This document shows positions 26,290 through 39,800 of a DNA stretch of 64,000 bases, piece after piece. The stretch spans positions 25,918,001 to 25,982,000 of the forward strand of contig CM052818.1 of the NCBI GenBank assembly GCA_028534125.1. Direction: 5' to 3'. Within the stretch, counting starts at the first letter, position 1. Each line of letters opens with the position of its first letter. The notes under the pieces are model-generated. The model was not told the origin of the DNA. It made no database searches and saw only the letters and a list, made by a program, of their open reading frames with translations. Source of the stretch: Lama glama (lineage: Eukaryota). The position numbers and the translations under genes are program-made.

Positions 26290-26755
26290 GATAGTGTGAC
26301 TAAAAAATTTTTTTACATTTTATTTAATTTTAGTTTATATTTTTAAAAATAGAAGTAGTTTTGTCATCATAGATGCAAACATGAATGGAAAATTATTTTT
26401 TGTTTGATTCAGTTATTGGAAAACTTTAAGTATGTTTGGAACAACTTGTGTATGTGAACCTACTTTTTCAGTTGTAAATTTTATGAAATCCAGGAGATAT
26501 GTATTTTTGATAAGCATTTAGTATCTGAATTGAAATGTGCTTTAAGTGTAAAATACAGTGGATTTCAAAGACAGCGTGAAAGAAGAATTTAATCATCTTA
26601 ATTTTAAAACATTAATTATGAGTTGAAATGACAGCATGTTGGCTATGTTGGGTTAATAAATAAAATAATATTAAATTATTTCTTTTTACTTTTTAATGTG
26701 ACTAAAGAAAACTTAAAATTACACGTGTGTCTCATATTTTCATGTGGACAGAGCT
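26290..26755. mobile_element. MER33/Charlie-like hAT remnant
   Basis: aagtgtaaaatacagtggatttcaaagac...ttgggttaataaataaaat...ttttaatgtgactaaagaaaacttaaaattacacgtgtgtctca...tggacagagct. Confidence 0.7.
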
Positions 26756-26769
26756 ATCCTGTAGTCTTA

Positions 26770-28560
26770 CTGGTAATTTTTTGTCTGCCTGTATCAGTTA
26801 CTTGAGATGGTTGTTAAAATTTATTATGCATTTGTCTATTTTTCTCATTAGTTCTCCAAATTTTTGTTTCATGTATTTTTAATCTCTTTCTTAGGGTTGT
26901 TATGTCTTTGCTGTTTATCCATTTTATGTCTAGTAATACTTTTAGTCTTGAAGTCTTCTTTGATAGTCACGTAGCTACATCAGCTTTCCTGTAGTTATTT
27001 GCATGTGTATCTTTTTTCTATTATGTATTTTCAACCTATCTCTATCTTTATGTTAAAAGGGCTGCTACTGTACACAGTATGTAGTTTTTGCATTTATTAT
27101 CCAGTCTGAGAATCTCTGTCTTTTCATTGGAATATTTTGTGTATTTACATTTGATGTAATTATTGATTTAGTTGGGTTTAAGTTTGCCATCTTGCTATTT
27201 GTTTTCCATTTGTTTCTTTTGTCATTTGTTCTTGTTTTTTCTTTGGGTTAACTGAATATTTTTTAGTGTTTCATTTTGGTTCCTTATTGGCTTTCTAAGC
27301 TATACCTCTTTATTTTTTAGGTGTTGCTCTAGAGCTAACAATATGCATCTCTGATATATCAGAATCTATTTAGAATGAATGTTGTTTTTTTTTTAACCAC
27401 TTTCCACTGTAAAGTCATAATAACCTTAGTATATAATTTAATTTACTGGCCTCACAACATTTGTCTTAATTTTTTTCTTTTATTTCTATGTACATGATAA
27501 ACCCCATGTTACAATCTGTTATTTTTGTTCTAAATGATCTTTTAAGGAAATTACTTGGGGGAAACAACCAGTCTTATTTTTATCCACTTATTTACTACTT
27601 TGGATACTACAGGAAGGAATGGAGAGGCTTTCCATTTCTTTTCAACCTGAAGAATGAAGAACATTTAGCATCCCATGCAGTCACATCTGCTAGTGACAAA
27701 TCTGCTTAGCCTTTTTGCTCATTGTCTTTATTTTGCTTTATTTTTCAGTGATAGTTTCACTAAATATAGAAGTCTGAGTTGACATGCTTTTTTATTAAAG
27801 TATCCTAAAGATATAATTTTATTGTCTTCTGGCCTCTGTTGCTTCTAATGAGAAGCAGTCATTTGAATTATTCCCTCCATCACACCACTTCGTTAAAGAT
27901 TTTCCCTTTCCTTTGGTTTTTAGCCATCTGATTGATGTGGTTTTCTTTGTGTTTACCCTACTTGAGGTTTGCTGAGCTTCTGGGATCTGTCAGTCTCTGT
28001 CACCAAATTTAGTAATTGACTCTTATATCTCAAATATTTTTCAGCTCCATTCTTTGTTCTCCTTCTGGGACTCTAATTACATGTTGGGTGTTGCTCTATA
28101 GGTCCCTGAGAGCCTGTTAGTTTTTCTTCATTCCTTTTTCTCTTTCTTCTTTGGATTAGAGGATTTTGGTCTCACTTCAAGTTCACTGACTCTTCGTTCT
28201 TCATTCTGCTGTCTGCAGTCTGCTGTTAAGTCTATCCAGTGAATAATTCATTTTAATTATTGTACTTTTCAGTTCTAGAATATTCATTTTTTTAAATAGT
28301 CTGTTTCTTGGCTGAGACTCCCTAACTCATTTACTAAGACCTTATTTTCCTTTAAATCCTTGAACATATTTCCAATATCTTGTTAAAAGCTTTTATCTGC
28401 TAAGTTGAGCATCAGGGCCATTGCAGGATTGGTTTTTATCAACTGATTTTCTTTCTTGACTGTGGGCCACATTTTCCTCTTTGCATTTCTGAGAATTTCT
28501 GATCATATACTTTATTGTTCATTACACATTGTAGAGATTCTAGATTCTGTTACCTAGGTT
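26770..28560 (-). mobile_element. Ancient L1 (L1ME-like) fragment
   Basis: T-rich degraded L1-type motifs (atccagtctgagaatctctgtcttttcattgga; ctccttctgggactctaattacatgtt). Confidence 0.65.
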
Positions 28561-28618
28561 TTGTTGTGGCAGGCAGTTCAATTAGTAATTGCTTTTGACC
28601 TTTTTGTAGGTTTGGTTT

Positions 28619-28670
<52 letters not shown>

Positions 28671-28672
28671 TA
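28619..28672. repeat. (TACATA)n microsatellite next to a minus-strand L1 tail
   Basis: About 8 perfect hexamers, followed by ttttaattgaagtatagttagtttacaatgttgtg. Confidence 0.9.
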
Positions 28673-30364
28673 TTTTAATTGAAGTATAGTTAGTTTACAA
28701 TGTTGTGTTCTGGTGTACAGTATAATGTATACTTTCATCACTTTTGAAAAGTGAAAAACTCTTGGTTCTCTTCCTACAAGTTTAGTTTTGGGTTGATGTA
28801 ACCTTATGTTAGTAACATTTTATTGTAATCCAGATTTGTAGCACCTTTTTATTGTCATAGCTTATAATTAAGCCTGAAGTTTCCAGATGTATGTAGTCAG
28901 TCCTGAAGTGTAAATTTTTGTATTGGAATACATGCTGAATGTATGAATTTGGCAAATTTAAGATGAATTATGATTAAACAGCAATAAAAAGTTTTTTTAA
29001 AAATAGACTTTTATAGTGCAGTCTTAGGTTCACAGCAAAACTGAGCAGAAAGTAGAATTCCCCTATACTCCTTGTCCTCACACGTCTACAGCCTCCTGCC
29101 CTGTCAACATCCCACACCAGAGGGATACATTTATTACAGTACAGTCAATGAACTTTCATTGACATTATCACCCAAAGTCCAGAGTTTACATTAGGGTTCA
29201 CCATGGGGGTTGTATGTCCTATGGGTTTTGATAAATGTATAGTGACCTGTCTCTACCATTATAGCATCATGGAGAATAATTTCATGGCCCTAAAAATCCT
29301 CTGTGTTCCACTTAGTCATCTCTTCTCCCCCCTAATGCCTAACAACTACTGATCTTTTAAACTAAGACAATGTCTTTTTGTGGCAAACAGGTTATGTATA
29401 CTTAGTGTTAAGGTATGGAGGAATACTTAAGAACAGTTGATTGTCTCTAGGTATCTTTCAGCTTTGACTCTGAAAGATCCATTTGGAGGCTGGCTTGGGG
29501 GAGAACTGACTTGAAACAGTGAATTAGGAAAATCTATTGTAGGGCTAAAATCTGCTTTACCAGTAATTTCTTGACATTGAAGAATGGAAATAAAATCACT
29601 ATTCTCGATGGAACTTCAGTTTAAAATCTGAGAGTAATGCTAAATTTAAGAAGACTTCCAGTTGTAGGTAGTCACTGAATATTAATATTTATAGGTTTTC
29701 TAGTGAAATTTATGTATAATTCTCTTTTATCTAATAGCCTATGTCAGTGTTTGATTAATGAAGTACTGTATCTGTACATAGTCCAAATTTGATAGAGAAA
29801 TCATGATGGGGGAGTATATTTAGCTGAATCGTATCATTGTGCTCCATTATACCTATGAAACATACATTTTGCATTTCCCTTTAGAAGTCTGTTGACTAGA
29901 AATGGTGACAAATAAGTAGACACTTGGTGCCTGTCTGTCTGAGATCTGTCTGTTGTTATCCAAGCTAATAAAAGAAAACTGGCCACATGGTAAATGTAGT
30001 CATTTAATTTAGGTCAAATTTCAAGTTGACAAAAGATTTCCTGCCAAGTGATTTGTTTGTTTTTGTTTTTATTTTTAAGAAACCAGTTAGTGTTTTCTTT
30101 ACAATAAGAATAAGACTATCAGTTCTAACAAAATCTGCGATCTTCAAATTCAGTTATTATGATATTTTAGCATTTATTAATTTTCAGTTCTTTTTATCAA
30201 AGTGTGTTACTTGGTAGAACTTCATGCTTTTAATTGTAATTTTGTGACAAGTATACTACTCTTCAGTTGTTAGAAGTATTTCCCCAAACTAATTATGTGA
30301 TTGTCAAATTTGCTTATAAAATAGGTAAGGCATGTGTAAAACCACTGAGTAAAATATGTAACTT

Positions 30365-31560
30365 TCATTCATTCAAGAAATATTTGTCAAGCACCTGTTG
30401 GGTGCTGGGCAGTGTTTTAAGTGCTGAGAGATCGAGGGATCAACATGGTGATTGGGATCCTTATTTTTGTGGCACATACATTCTATGGAGGGGGATATAT
30501 AAAGTACACATGTAAACAAATGAAAGAATTTGTTTTAGATACTGAAAAGGGCTATGGGGAAAAAAACCCTGTTTCATTAAAGTAATGGGGGACAGAATCT
30601 GTAATTTAAACTGAGTGGTTGAGGAAAGCCATGCGGAATAGATAACTTTTGCACTGAGACCTGGATAATGGAGAACCAAGCCATGTATATTTCTAGGTAC
30701 AGAGCATTCCAGACAGGAGAACACAGGACAAAGATTCTAAGGTAGGAAACAAGTTTGGCTTGTTCAGGGAACAGCAAGAGGAACAGATTGCAGGGCCAGA
30801 TCACACAGGACTGTGGGGGCTATGGTAAGGATCTTAGAAGTTTTTTTTCCCCCCTCCTATTTTCTGGTTACAGTGGGAAACAGTGGGAAACTAATTGAGA
30901 ATTTTAAGCAGAAGACTGGCAGTCTAGGAGGGGAGACATAATAATTAAGTACTTACATAAATATTCAAATGATGGGTGGATTAAGATTGGGAGAGTGTAG
31001 GAGGACTAAATTTGATTAAGAGTCTCAGGGAAGATATTCCTGAGGTAATGACATTTAAACTGAGATTTAAGGAATAAGTATGAATTAATTAGGGGAACAA
31101 CATGGGTGAGAGTATTCCAGGCAGAGGAATATCATGAGTGAAATACGAGTCTAGAAAGAGCTTAATGCCATGAAGATCTGAATAAAGGCTAGCTTGTCTA
31201 TTTGTAGTTTACAGAGAGGAGAGTAGCACCAAATGGGGCAGGAGAGATTTGGCAGTGAGTACAGGATCTCAAGAGGCATGTGTAGGGTTTGTAGTTGTTA
31301 ATCCTCTAACAGTGACTTTAAGGAGAGTAACTTAATCACATTTACATTTAACCATATTATTTAGTTGCTACTCTGTGAGGATTGGATTGGAGGAGGGGGC
31401 AAGAAGGGAGATCAGTTAAGTACCACTTTTAAGTAGGGTAAGATGGTGGTGATGGGAATAGGGATGGTATCAGTAGATTTTGAATGAGGACAAATTTAAG
31501 AACTTGATTATTGGTTAGATTTAGGGGTAAAGAAAAGGAGAGCTATATCATGGATAGCGA
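30365..31560 (-). mobile_element. L2 LINE fragments
   Basis: tcattcattcaagaaatatttgtcaagcacctgttgggtgctgggcagtg; agagcattccagacaggagaac; gggaagatattcctgaggtaatgacatttaaactgaga. Confidence 0.72.
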
Positions 31561-32720
31561 ATATATCACATGCCTGAGCAAATTGATGGATGGTGATGTC
31601 GTTACACAGCTACACAGGTCAATTGAAAGTCACTGTAGAGTTTTAGCATTTCAGGGTGTAAATAAAAGCTTCTGTGGGATTGATTATTTAAAAATTACTG
31701 TCACCTTAATGACAAGGACTTACAATGCTTACTGTGTATCAGGTATATTTCAACTCATTTAATCTTGATGACAACGTTATGAAGTAGGTGCTGTTATTAT
31801 CCCCATGTTACAGATGCAAAAATAGGCACAGAGAAGTGACATGCATCAAGGCAGTTTTACTCCCTAGTTCATGTCTTAACCACTGATAAGGCTTGGAAGG
31901 TTTTAATTGCACAATTTGCATTTATTTAGATTTATCTAGACTCTCCTAATAATATGTTAAATTGGAATTTAACTATGTTGTACTGGAAAGTTTACTTTTT
32001 GTGCATTCAAATAGCATGTCTGGCTATATACCACTGAAACAGGCAGTGGTAATATCCTCTTTAATTAAATATTGATTGCTTTTATTTTCAAAGATTCTCC
32101 TTTGAAATTGCTTGCTCTTTTATTATATTGTTACTGTTTGCAGCACTTTCTGGAATAAGTTGATTTTGCTATATACGGTTACAGGTGCCGTGTGATGTGA
32201 AGGTAAAGGCTCTAGTAGTCTTTTCAAATCAAATAAGTGATATGTTTCTTTCTGTAAAGAGATTAAAAATTCATTAATGTATATAGTCTTTGCTCTGAGA
32301 TAGTGGTTATGTGGGTAAGATATTGTTGCACTAATAACGTGCCACTCCTCAGTAGGCTGGCTCCCTCCTAGGAGAGGAGGGGCTGTCATTGCACTGAACA
32401 CGGTAGATACTGTATGTCTCCTTAGATTGGAAACTGGCACTTAGTAGACAAGCTCAGGTGGAGAGTCTCTTTAGAATGTTGATGTGGGAGAGGATAAGGC
32501 CCCAGGAGTAACTTGTTGCTGTGTGGGATCAAGCAGTTGATAGGCAAGAAACCCAGACAAGGTGCATACCCTCTGAAACTATTAGATGGAGTTCTTTTTG
32601 TTTGTTTGTTTTAAAGAACAGAGACCTAAACTTTAGAAATTTGTTTCTGCTGTTACATATTCTATAGTTATTTCTTCATTACAATTCAGTGAAGTTCTTC
32701 TGCAAAGGTTACCTTCTTTT

Positions 32721-32866
32721 TAAAAAAATTTATTTATCATTTTATTTTGGGGGGAGGTAATTAAATTTTTATTAATTAATTAATATTTTAATGAAGGTAC
32801 TGGAGATTGAACCCAGGACCTTGTGCATTCTAGGCATGCACTCTACTGCTGAGCTATACCCTCTTC
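32721..32866 (-). mobile_element. Vic-1-type SINE
   Basis: ggggggaggtaatta...ggtactggagattgaacccaggaccttgtgcattctaggcatgcactctactgctgagctataccctc; imperfect TSD gcaaaggttaccttctttt / gcagaggttactttctttt. Confidence 0.88.
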
Positions 32867-33638
32867 GCAGAGGTTACTTTCTTTTGGTGTGCTGGTTGAA
32901 CAAGACTATATAGCTGTTTTTTAGGAGCTGTGTATCTTTGAAGTGGTGGCTGTGGTATTTGGTAAAAGAGAGCCCTAGAGGCAGATGAAACTCTCTACCC
33001 CACTGACCATTCTTGTGTCTTCCATTAAAACATTAATACTGTACTGTGCTTTAATAAGGGAGGCTGTACTGTTAGGTAACTCTTATTAAGTTAAGGACCC
33101 ATTAGCTTTATCGTGTGCCATTTTTGGAGACTTCTTAGGACTTTAACTTAGCCCTTTAAGTTTCAAAATGAAAAATAATGTTTACAATTTATGTATATGT
33201 TTTAATCTTTGTAACTTGGAGTAATTTCCAGGTGATACCTACAGGGAAAATTGGAACCTGAATTATTAGGTGAAATTGATTTTCCACTCTCTGTATCTAG
33301 TTTTTGTGTGCATACAGTAGCAAAAGTTGTTTATAAAATCATACAGTGTTCAAGAACACCTGCTGCTCCCATTTAGTTATTAAGACTTAATTGTGATAGA
33401 GGCCATACGTAGTACTGTTGCTTATCCGTATATATAGTAGGAAATTGACTGTTATTCTTGGTCTTATTATAGAGAAAATAAGAAATCCAGTATGTATTTG
33501 ACATCACTTTTTGTAGCTATTTCCAAATGATCTATAATGGGGAAGAAGTTATTTGAAAATTTGCTTTAGTTGTGATCCTTTAGGAAAAGTTCAGAATGCA
33601 GGAATCAAAGTAACCTGTTTCTCTTTTTTTAACTCTAG

Positions 33639-33880
33639 GTGAGAATTATGAAGATGTTGACCTATACACTGATGAGGTTATGAAGAAACCATGTCCAGTA
33701 CAGATTGTCCTTGCTCATGAAGATGACCATAACTTTGAGCTTGATGAAGAAGCTTTGGAGCAGATTTTGCTACAGGAGCACATACGAGATCTTAACATAG
33801 TAGTGGTGTCCGTGGCAGGAGCTTTTCGTAAAGGGAAATCATTTCTTCTGGACTTCATGCTTAGATATATGTATAACAAG
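33639..33880 (+). CDS. ATL2: ATL2 exon 2 (242 nt, P-loop)
   Basis: ctctag|GT GAG AAT...; [23 protein letters not shown]...[21 protein letters not shown]; donor gtgaat. Confidence 0.97.
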
Positions 33881-35980
33881 GTGAATAGTGTCTTTTAAAT
33901 TGAACCCAGTTAAAAACAAAAATTACTGACCAACCAATCTTGTTTAAAAATAATAGACAAAAAGCAGTAAGAGCTGTATCTTTACTTTTACAAAAATACA
34001 GTTCTTGATAAGACTTCTCAGTTAAGACAGTACTGTAAGTTTGTTTGAGGTCTTGATTCTTCATCTCCATAATTCCTTTTTGCATGTAGTACATATTGAT
34101 GCATATGATTGAGCACTTATGTTCCAAGCTCTAACCCAAGATGTCTGAATATAGCTAAAGCCTCTAAAGTACTATTCAGTCTCTCCCTTTTTGTTATTTC
34201 CTTACACCTTCCCCTTCTTGATCACCTTTAAACAGTGGGTGAAGTAGGCTGATAGAAACTTCTGTAAAGATTTATTTAACGCTCCTCAAATAAATCTCCT
34301 TCAGAGACTTTTACTTTTTGAGATAAGGCTTAGTTCCTTAAAGTGCTTTTCATGGCCTTCCATCATCTCGGAGTCTCATCCCTTGCCTCTGTATGTTTTT
34401 GCAGTTCCTTGAGTATGTCATGTTAACTCTCCAATGTTGGTGTACTGTTGACTAATCTTTCCATAGGAAAAACCTTCCCTGATTTCTAAGACTGTATTAT
34501 GACCATTTGGCACAGATCATGTGTTTCATTGATACTACTTTAGTTACTTATTTGTCCTGGCTAGTTTAACTTCTTTTGTGAGTGGGCCTTATCTTGATTA
34601 CCATATCTCCCATGCCTAGCATATAATTGGCGCATAGTAAACACTTATTTTCTATTTTTACTGATGAATCTCCCATTCTCTGCACATTTTCACTTGTTGA
34701 TGGTACCAGACAATTGTTACTCCTCACCCCTCCCTGATTTAGACATTTTTTTCCCTGTAAAAAAAGAAAAATTTTTTTCTTTTTTTTTTTTTTTCACTTG
34801 AGTCAGAATGTTCTAACAGTTGAAAGTAGGGCTGAGGGAATGGGAGTTGGATAGGAACTAAGGAGGAATTGGACATTTGGAGTGGAGCACTTAGAGGGAA
34901 GGACTTTACAGGGGGCTTTAGACATTCAGAAGACACATGAAGATGCTAGAAATAAAGCTTTGACAGAATTATGTCATTTTCTAAACATCTGTCAGGGGTG
35001 TTAACCTTTATGAGTTCTGCATAAATCTGAAACTGGCTATGCATCTGCCTTGAGATAAATAATAAGGTAAAACATTCCTAGTTAATTTTCCAAAGAGCTT
35101 TTCAGTAAATTCTTTTCATAGGGAATCTCTTCAGGCATGTTCAAATATACTTGAGTATCGAGAATGTAGTTCATGTTAAAGAACATTTTTATACAAGTTA
35201 GAAATTGAGAAAGGTAGAGAATTTTTAAGTTTTTCCACTTAGACTTGGTTATTTTTCAGAATTTTACATCTGAAATAGACGAATGTTTAGTGACATATTC
35301 TTTTTTTTTTAAAGACTACACATTTAGAGATGATAAAGAATTTCTATATTTTGAGATTCTGATTCCTTAAGTTAACTTGTGTATATTGTATCTATCTGCG
35401 CCTAAGCTGTTCACTGCAAATGTATTTGATTCCAGGTAGGTGACAGACAAAATAAGGAAGCTTAGATCACTTGTCTAGCAAGTTTCACCTCCTGTCCCCA
35501 TTTCTTATTTGATCTCTGATCAATCAGTAGTGGCTGTTTGATGGGGTTTGGGGGGTGGGGGAATATCAGCCCACACATGTGTCATATATTTGAAGTGTCT
35601 GAACTAATATAATTTTCTCTTTCATGGGGAAGACACTGATCATAGAAAGGTAGAAAGGTAGTGAGGGCCTGAGTGAGGCTACACACCTAGTTAGTGGTTT
35701 CTAAGCTGAAATGTCTTTATTAATTTTCATTCATAAGGTTTCCATATTGGATTTCTGATGTAAATTATTTTATTCTGTTAATTGAAAATTGCATTAAACA
35801 GTGTCTGATTTGGGGGATAACATGATTCTACTTGTACTGACTTAGTGGTGGGTCATGCTTTTCCTAGGAGATGAAAGTAAAGGAGAAATAACAATGGGAT
35901 GGTTTTGGACTATTTAATTAACCTGTATCCCTACAAAGGTGGAATGCTAATTGAAGAAGATAGAAGAGGAGCAGTGACTT

Positions 35981-36130
35981 TATAGTCGTCCCTGGGTATC
36001 CCGGGGAGAGGGGGTGGGTGTTGATTCCAAGACCCCCAGCGGATACCAAAGTCCCTGGATGTTCAAGTCCCTTATATAAAATGGTGTATACAGTCGGCTC
36101 TCTGTATCGGTGGGTTTTGCATCCAGAGGA
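35981..36130. mobile_element. MER2/Tigger-like DNA transposon fragment
   Basis: tatagtcgtccctgggtatcc...ttccaagacccccagcggataccaaagtccctggatgttcaagtcccttatataaaatggtgta. Confidence 0.75.
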
Positions 36131-37789
36131 CCTATTGCACTGACTTTGTACACCTTTTGCATTGACCTGAGTGAATTTATGTAAGAGTGAAGTTCATGAA
36201 AGGAACTAAACATTTCACTTTATGATTTAGAAATAGAGAAGTGTTTTAATTTTGATTAACTAGTAAAGGAATCATAACAGAGCTGACTGTGGGCTTTTTT
36301 CTGTTGGATAAAAACAAAAATTTCAGTAGCTGAGTTCTTAAAACTAAGAATATTCTGAGAGTTTTACCAAACACTTCCAAATTACAGGGAAAATTCTGGT
36401 TTTTAGGTCTCACTTTTTTGTGAGGTAGACAGCTTCTTGTACAGTTTTTTTGAGCTGCTACTTGTATTGTGAAAAATAGAGGGTTTTTTTACTTGAAATA
36501 TAGGAGGAAAGAAATGAGACTTTTGTAAACTTGAGAGATGAACTAAAAATTTTTCTAGAATAAAATTTCCTCATGTCATGTTAGAATTAATCAATTATTA
36601 TAGTTAAGTATTTACCATGAAATGTAAGATATGAGAGTGTAACTAGAATTGCTGATTTATTGAATTCATTATGCATGAAATATTTTGAACTTAAAAGAGT
36701 ATCACTTATGACATTCACTATGAATGCTGTATATGATGGATACCACAGAAATTCAGGTATTATTGATGTACTTAATTTGTAAGTAGACTACTTACTACTG
36801 TAAAAGTCATTCTTGGGAAGTTACAAAATGAAATAATTATAAAAATTTATGTGAGAACTATTAGGTCTATTATGTCAGTATTTTTTAAAAAATCACCATA
36901 TTATTTCATGTGTAAAAACAGGAGTTACAGGAGAGGAGATTAAAATCTGTTTTGAGAGACACAAGTGGTGGTGGTGGAAGGGGGTTGACTTTCCCCTCTG
37001 GAATATGTATATACACTCTCTTATAAGCCTTTCCCTTTCAAGTGGTGATTTGGTTATTCAGAGGTGTGGTTCAGGTAAATGTAGTTATTCTTTTTAAAAA
37101 TTGTTCTTTTTTTTGAAGTATAATTTACACAAAGTAAAGTACACATCTTAAGTGTATAGCTTGACAAAATTTTATATATGTGTACACCCATGTTACCACT
37201 ACCCAGATGATGATACAGAACCTCCCATTTTGTCCCTCCCAAAAGATAACCACTCTTCAGAACTCTCTCATCACAGACTGGTTTTGCCTGTTTTTGAACA
37301 CATGAATGAATGAAGTCATACCATATGGGTTTATGTTTGGCTTATTTTATTAATGTATCTGTGAAATGTACCCATGTTTTGCATCTAGTGATAGTCCATT
37401 ATTTTTGTGACTTTAGTATTCTACCATACGATTATATCATATTTTGTCCATTTAACGGCCAATGGATATTTGCTTTGATCTTAAAAGTTTTAGTAAGTTG
37501 ATTTTTATGAATCACATGCTTCCAAAGTGAAGTAGATTACTCTGGTGTCTAGAGGAATTGTTAGAAAAATGCTGACTGATCAAGTTGTCATGTAAAAATA
37601 ATTTCAATTTCAAGAATCAGTTTAGGAAGATAGAAGCTTAGTTTGGTGGAATTATATAATGTATGTAAAACTTAATACTTGGGATATATTGAACAGTGAA
37701 TAGTAGTGATAGCTGTTACTGAACTCTTCTAGATAAGATTCTTAATTCTTTACAGTAGCTTCAACTTTTATAGCATTCCTTATTTTTAA

Positions 37790-38420
37790 AAAAACTTTTT
37801 TGAAGAATTTTTAACACATGTAGAAGTAGATAATATGATGAATGTCCATTTTAGCAATTATCAACTCGCCAGTCTCATTTTATCTGTACCCCAACTCATT
37901 CCACATGTTATGTAAGTTTTGAAGTATAGCCAGTTACCGTATTTCATTTATAAATATTTCAGTATGTCTCTTTAAAGATAAGGGCTTTTTTGATATTATA
38001 ATAGCATTATCATACATAAAAGTTCAATTATTCCGTAAGTAGTATAGTATCTTATAAGTGATCAATTTCCTAGTTCCCTCATATACTTTAAATTTTTTTT
38101 TAATGGTTTGTTTGAATCAGTATCCAACCAAATGGGGTCCACATTGTAACTAGTTGTCTTTAAAGTATTTTTTACTCTTCCAAAGTTTCACTCCATTTCC
38201 TAGTCTTTGTAAATTTATTTGTTGAAGAAACTGACTGTTGGTCTTATAAAGAGTTTCCCAGTCTGGATTTGCTGACTTTATCCCATGTAATAGTTTTACA
38301 TGTTCTTTTGTTCTATGAATTTCCTGTAAATTGTTGAATCTAGAGACTTGATCAGACTCAGGTTCAGCTTTCTGGCAAGAGAACTTCACAGATGATGTAT
38401 TCTTCCATGAGGAGGCACAT
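37790..38420 (-). mobile_element. Old L1 (L1MC4/5-like) 3' fragment
   Basis: tttgaatcagtatccaacc...ttgttgaagaaactg...atctagagacttgatcagactcagg; related copies at ~23240-23950 and ~42550-42960. Confidence 0.65.
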
Positions 38421-39129
38421 ATTCTAAGATCAGTTTTGAATCTTTACTGATTTCTAAGTGCTCTCCTAAGTAATTAATAGGTATTAACTCAGTATTCACA
38501 ATAACCCTATGCAGTAATATTAGTATTTCAACTTGGTTGAAGAAATGAGGCTGAAAGTGAATGGCAAGGCTAGGATTCCAAACCAAGCAATTTGATACCA
38601 AAACCTTTATTCTAAAAACTCTGTAAAATGACTTTTGGTCTTTGTCCATATCTTTGCTAATTGTTCTTTTGTAAATGTTCACTTTTCAGTGTTTACTTGA
38701 GAAGTTGAAGTATAGACAGTAGTGCAGCATGATATTTTTCTTGTTTATGCTTAATGAGTAAAGAGTTTTTGCTCCATTTATAGCATAATTGCTAGGATAC
38801 TTTAAGGGGAGCTGTATATGATTCTTTACTGTTTACAGAGTTGTTCCCAGAACTGCTTCTAGAGATCAGGAGTAAGAACTTTCTTTGAGGAATATATGTG
38901 CTGCTGCATATAATTTGCCAAAAGTCCAACTATCTCAGGATCAGCTAAATGGGATGTTAAACTTGATTTCCCCTTTTCCTCTAACTAACAGTGCCTGAGA
39001 TATAAGACTTGGAAATGTGTGAATCCATGAAGAAAAACTTGGTTTCATGTTCTTTCTAAGAAATGTATTTAGAGGAAGAGCAATATATTTTACAAGTTTC
39101 TTCCTAGGATGATGATGATGACGATGATA

Positions 39130-39800
39130 TTTATTTTTTGTGTGGTGTAAGTTACATACAATAAAGTACATAAGCCTTAGTACCAGCCAATGAATTTTCA
39201 CTTACCTATACCTTTGTAACCACTGCCTCACAGATCAGGGAAAAGAGCACTTTCAGCACTCCAGAAGGCTCTTCCATTCTCCTTCCCAGTTATTACTGTC
39301 CCCAGCTCTCAGGGTCCACTGCTATTCTGGCTTAATACCACTTATTTTGCCTACTTTTGAACTTCACGTAAATGTAGTCATAAAGTTTGCACTCCTGTGT
39401 CTGGTTTCTTTCACTCAGTATTAAGCCTAAGAGGTTGATCCATGTTGTTAGATGTGTCAGTAATTGTTGTTTTTAATTGCCTAGTGGTATTTCATTGAAT
39501 GAAGGTATTGCAATTTATTTACTCCTTCTTCTGTTGATAGGCATATGGGTTATTTGTAATTTTTGGCTGTTGTGAATAAAGCACTAATGAACATCCTTGT
39601 AAAAGTCTTGGTGATGTAAGCACTTACTTCTATTGGGTTTATACCCAGGAAGGAGTAGGAATGTTGGGTCATGGGGTCCAAAATTTTTGTGGTTTTACCA
39701 ATTTGCACTTCCACCAGCAACATAAGATTTTTAATTTCTCTCTATCTTACAAACAGTATTGTCAGTCTTTTAAATTTTGGCCATTCTGATAGGTGTGTGT
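39130..39800 (-). mobile_element. L1M 3'UTR fragment
   Basis: gtgtctggtttctttcactcagta...ttggctgttgtgaataaagc...caatttgcacttccaccagcaa. Confidence 0.7.

Noticed and set aside
13165..29360. Similar ~400-bp segments at 13.2 kb and 29.0 kb as a segmental duplication
   Set aside because: They are diverged independent copies of the same L1 subfamily 3' end
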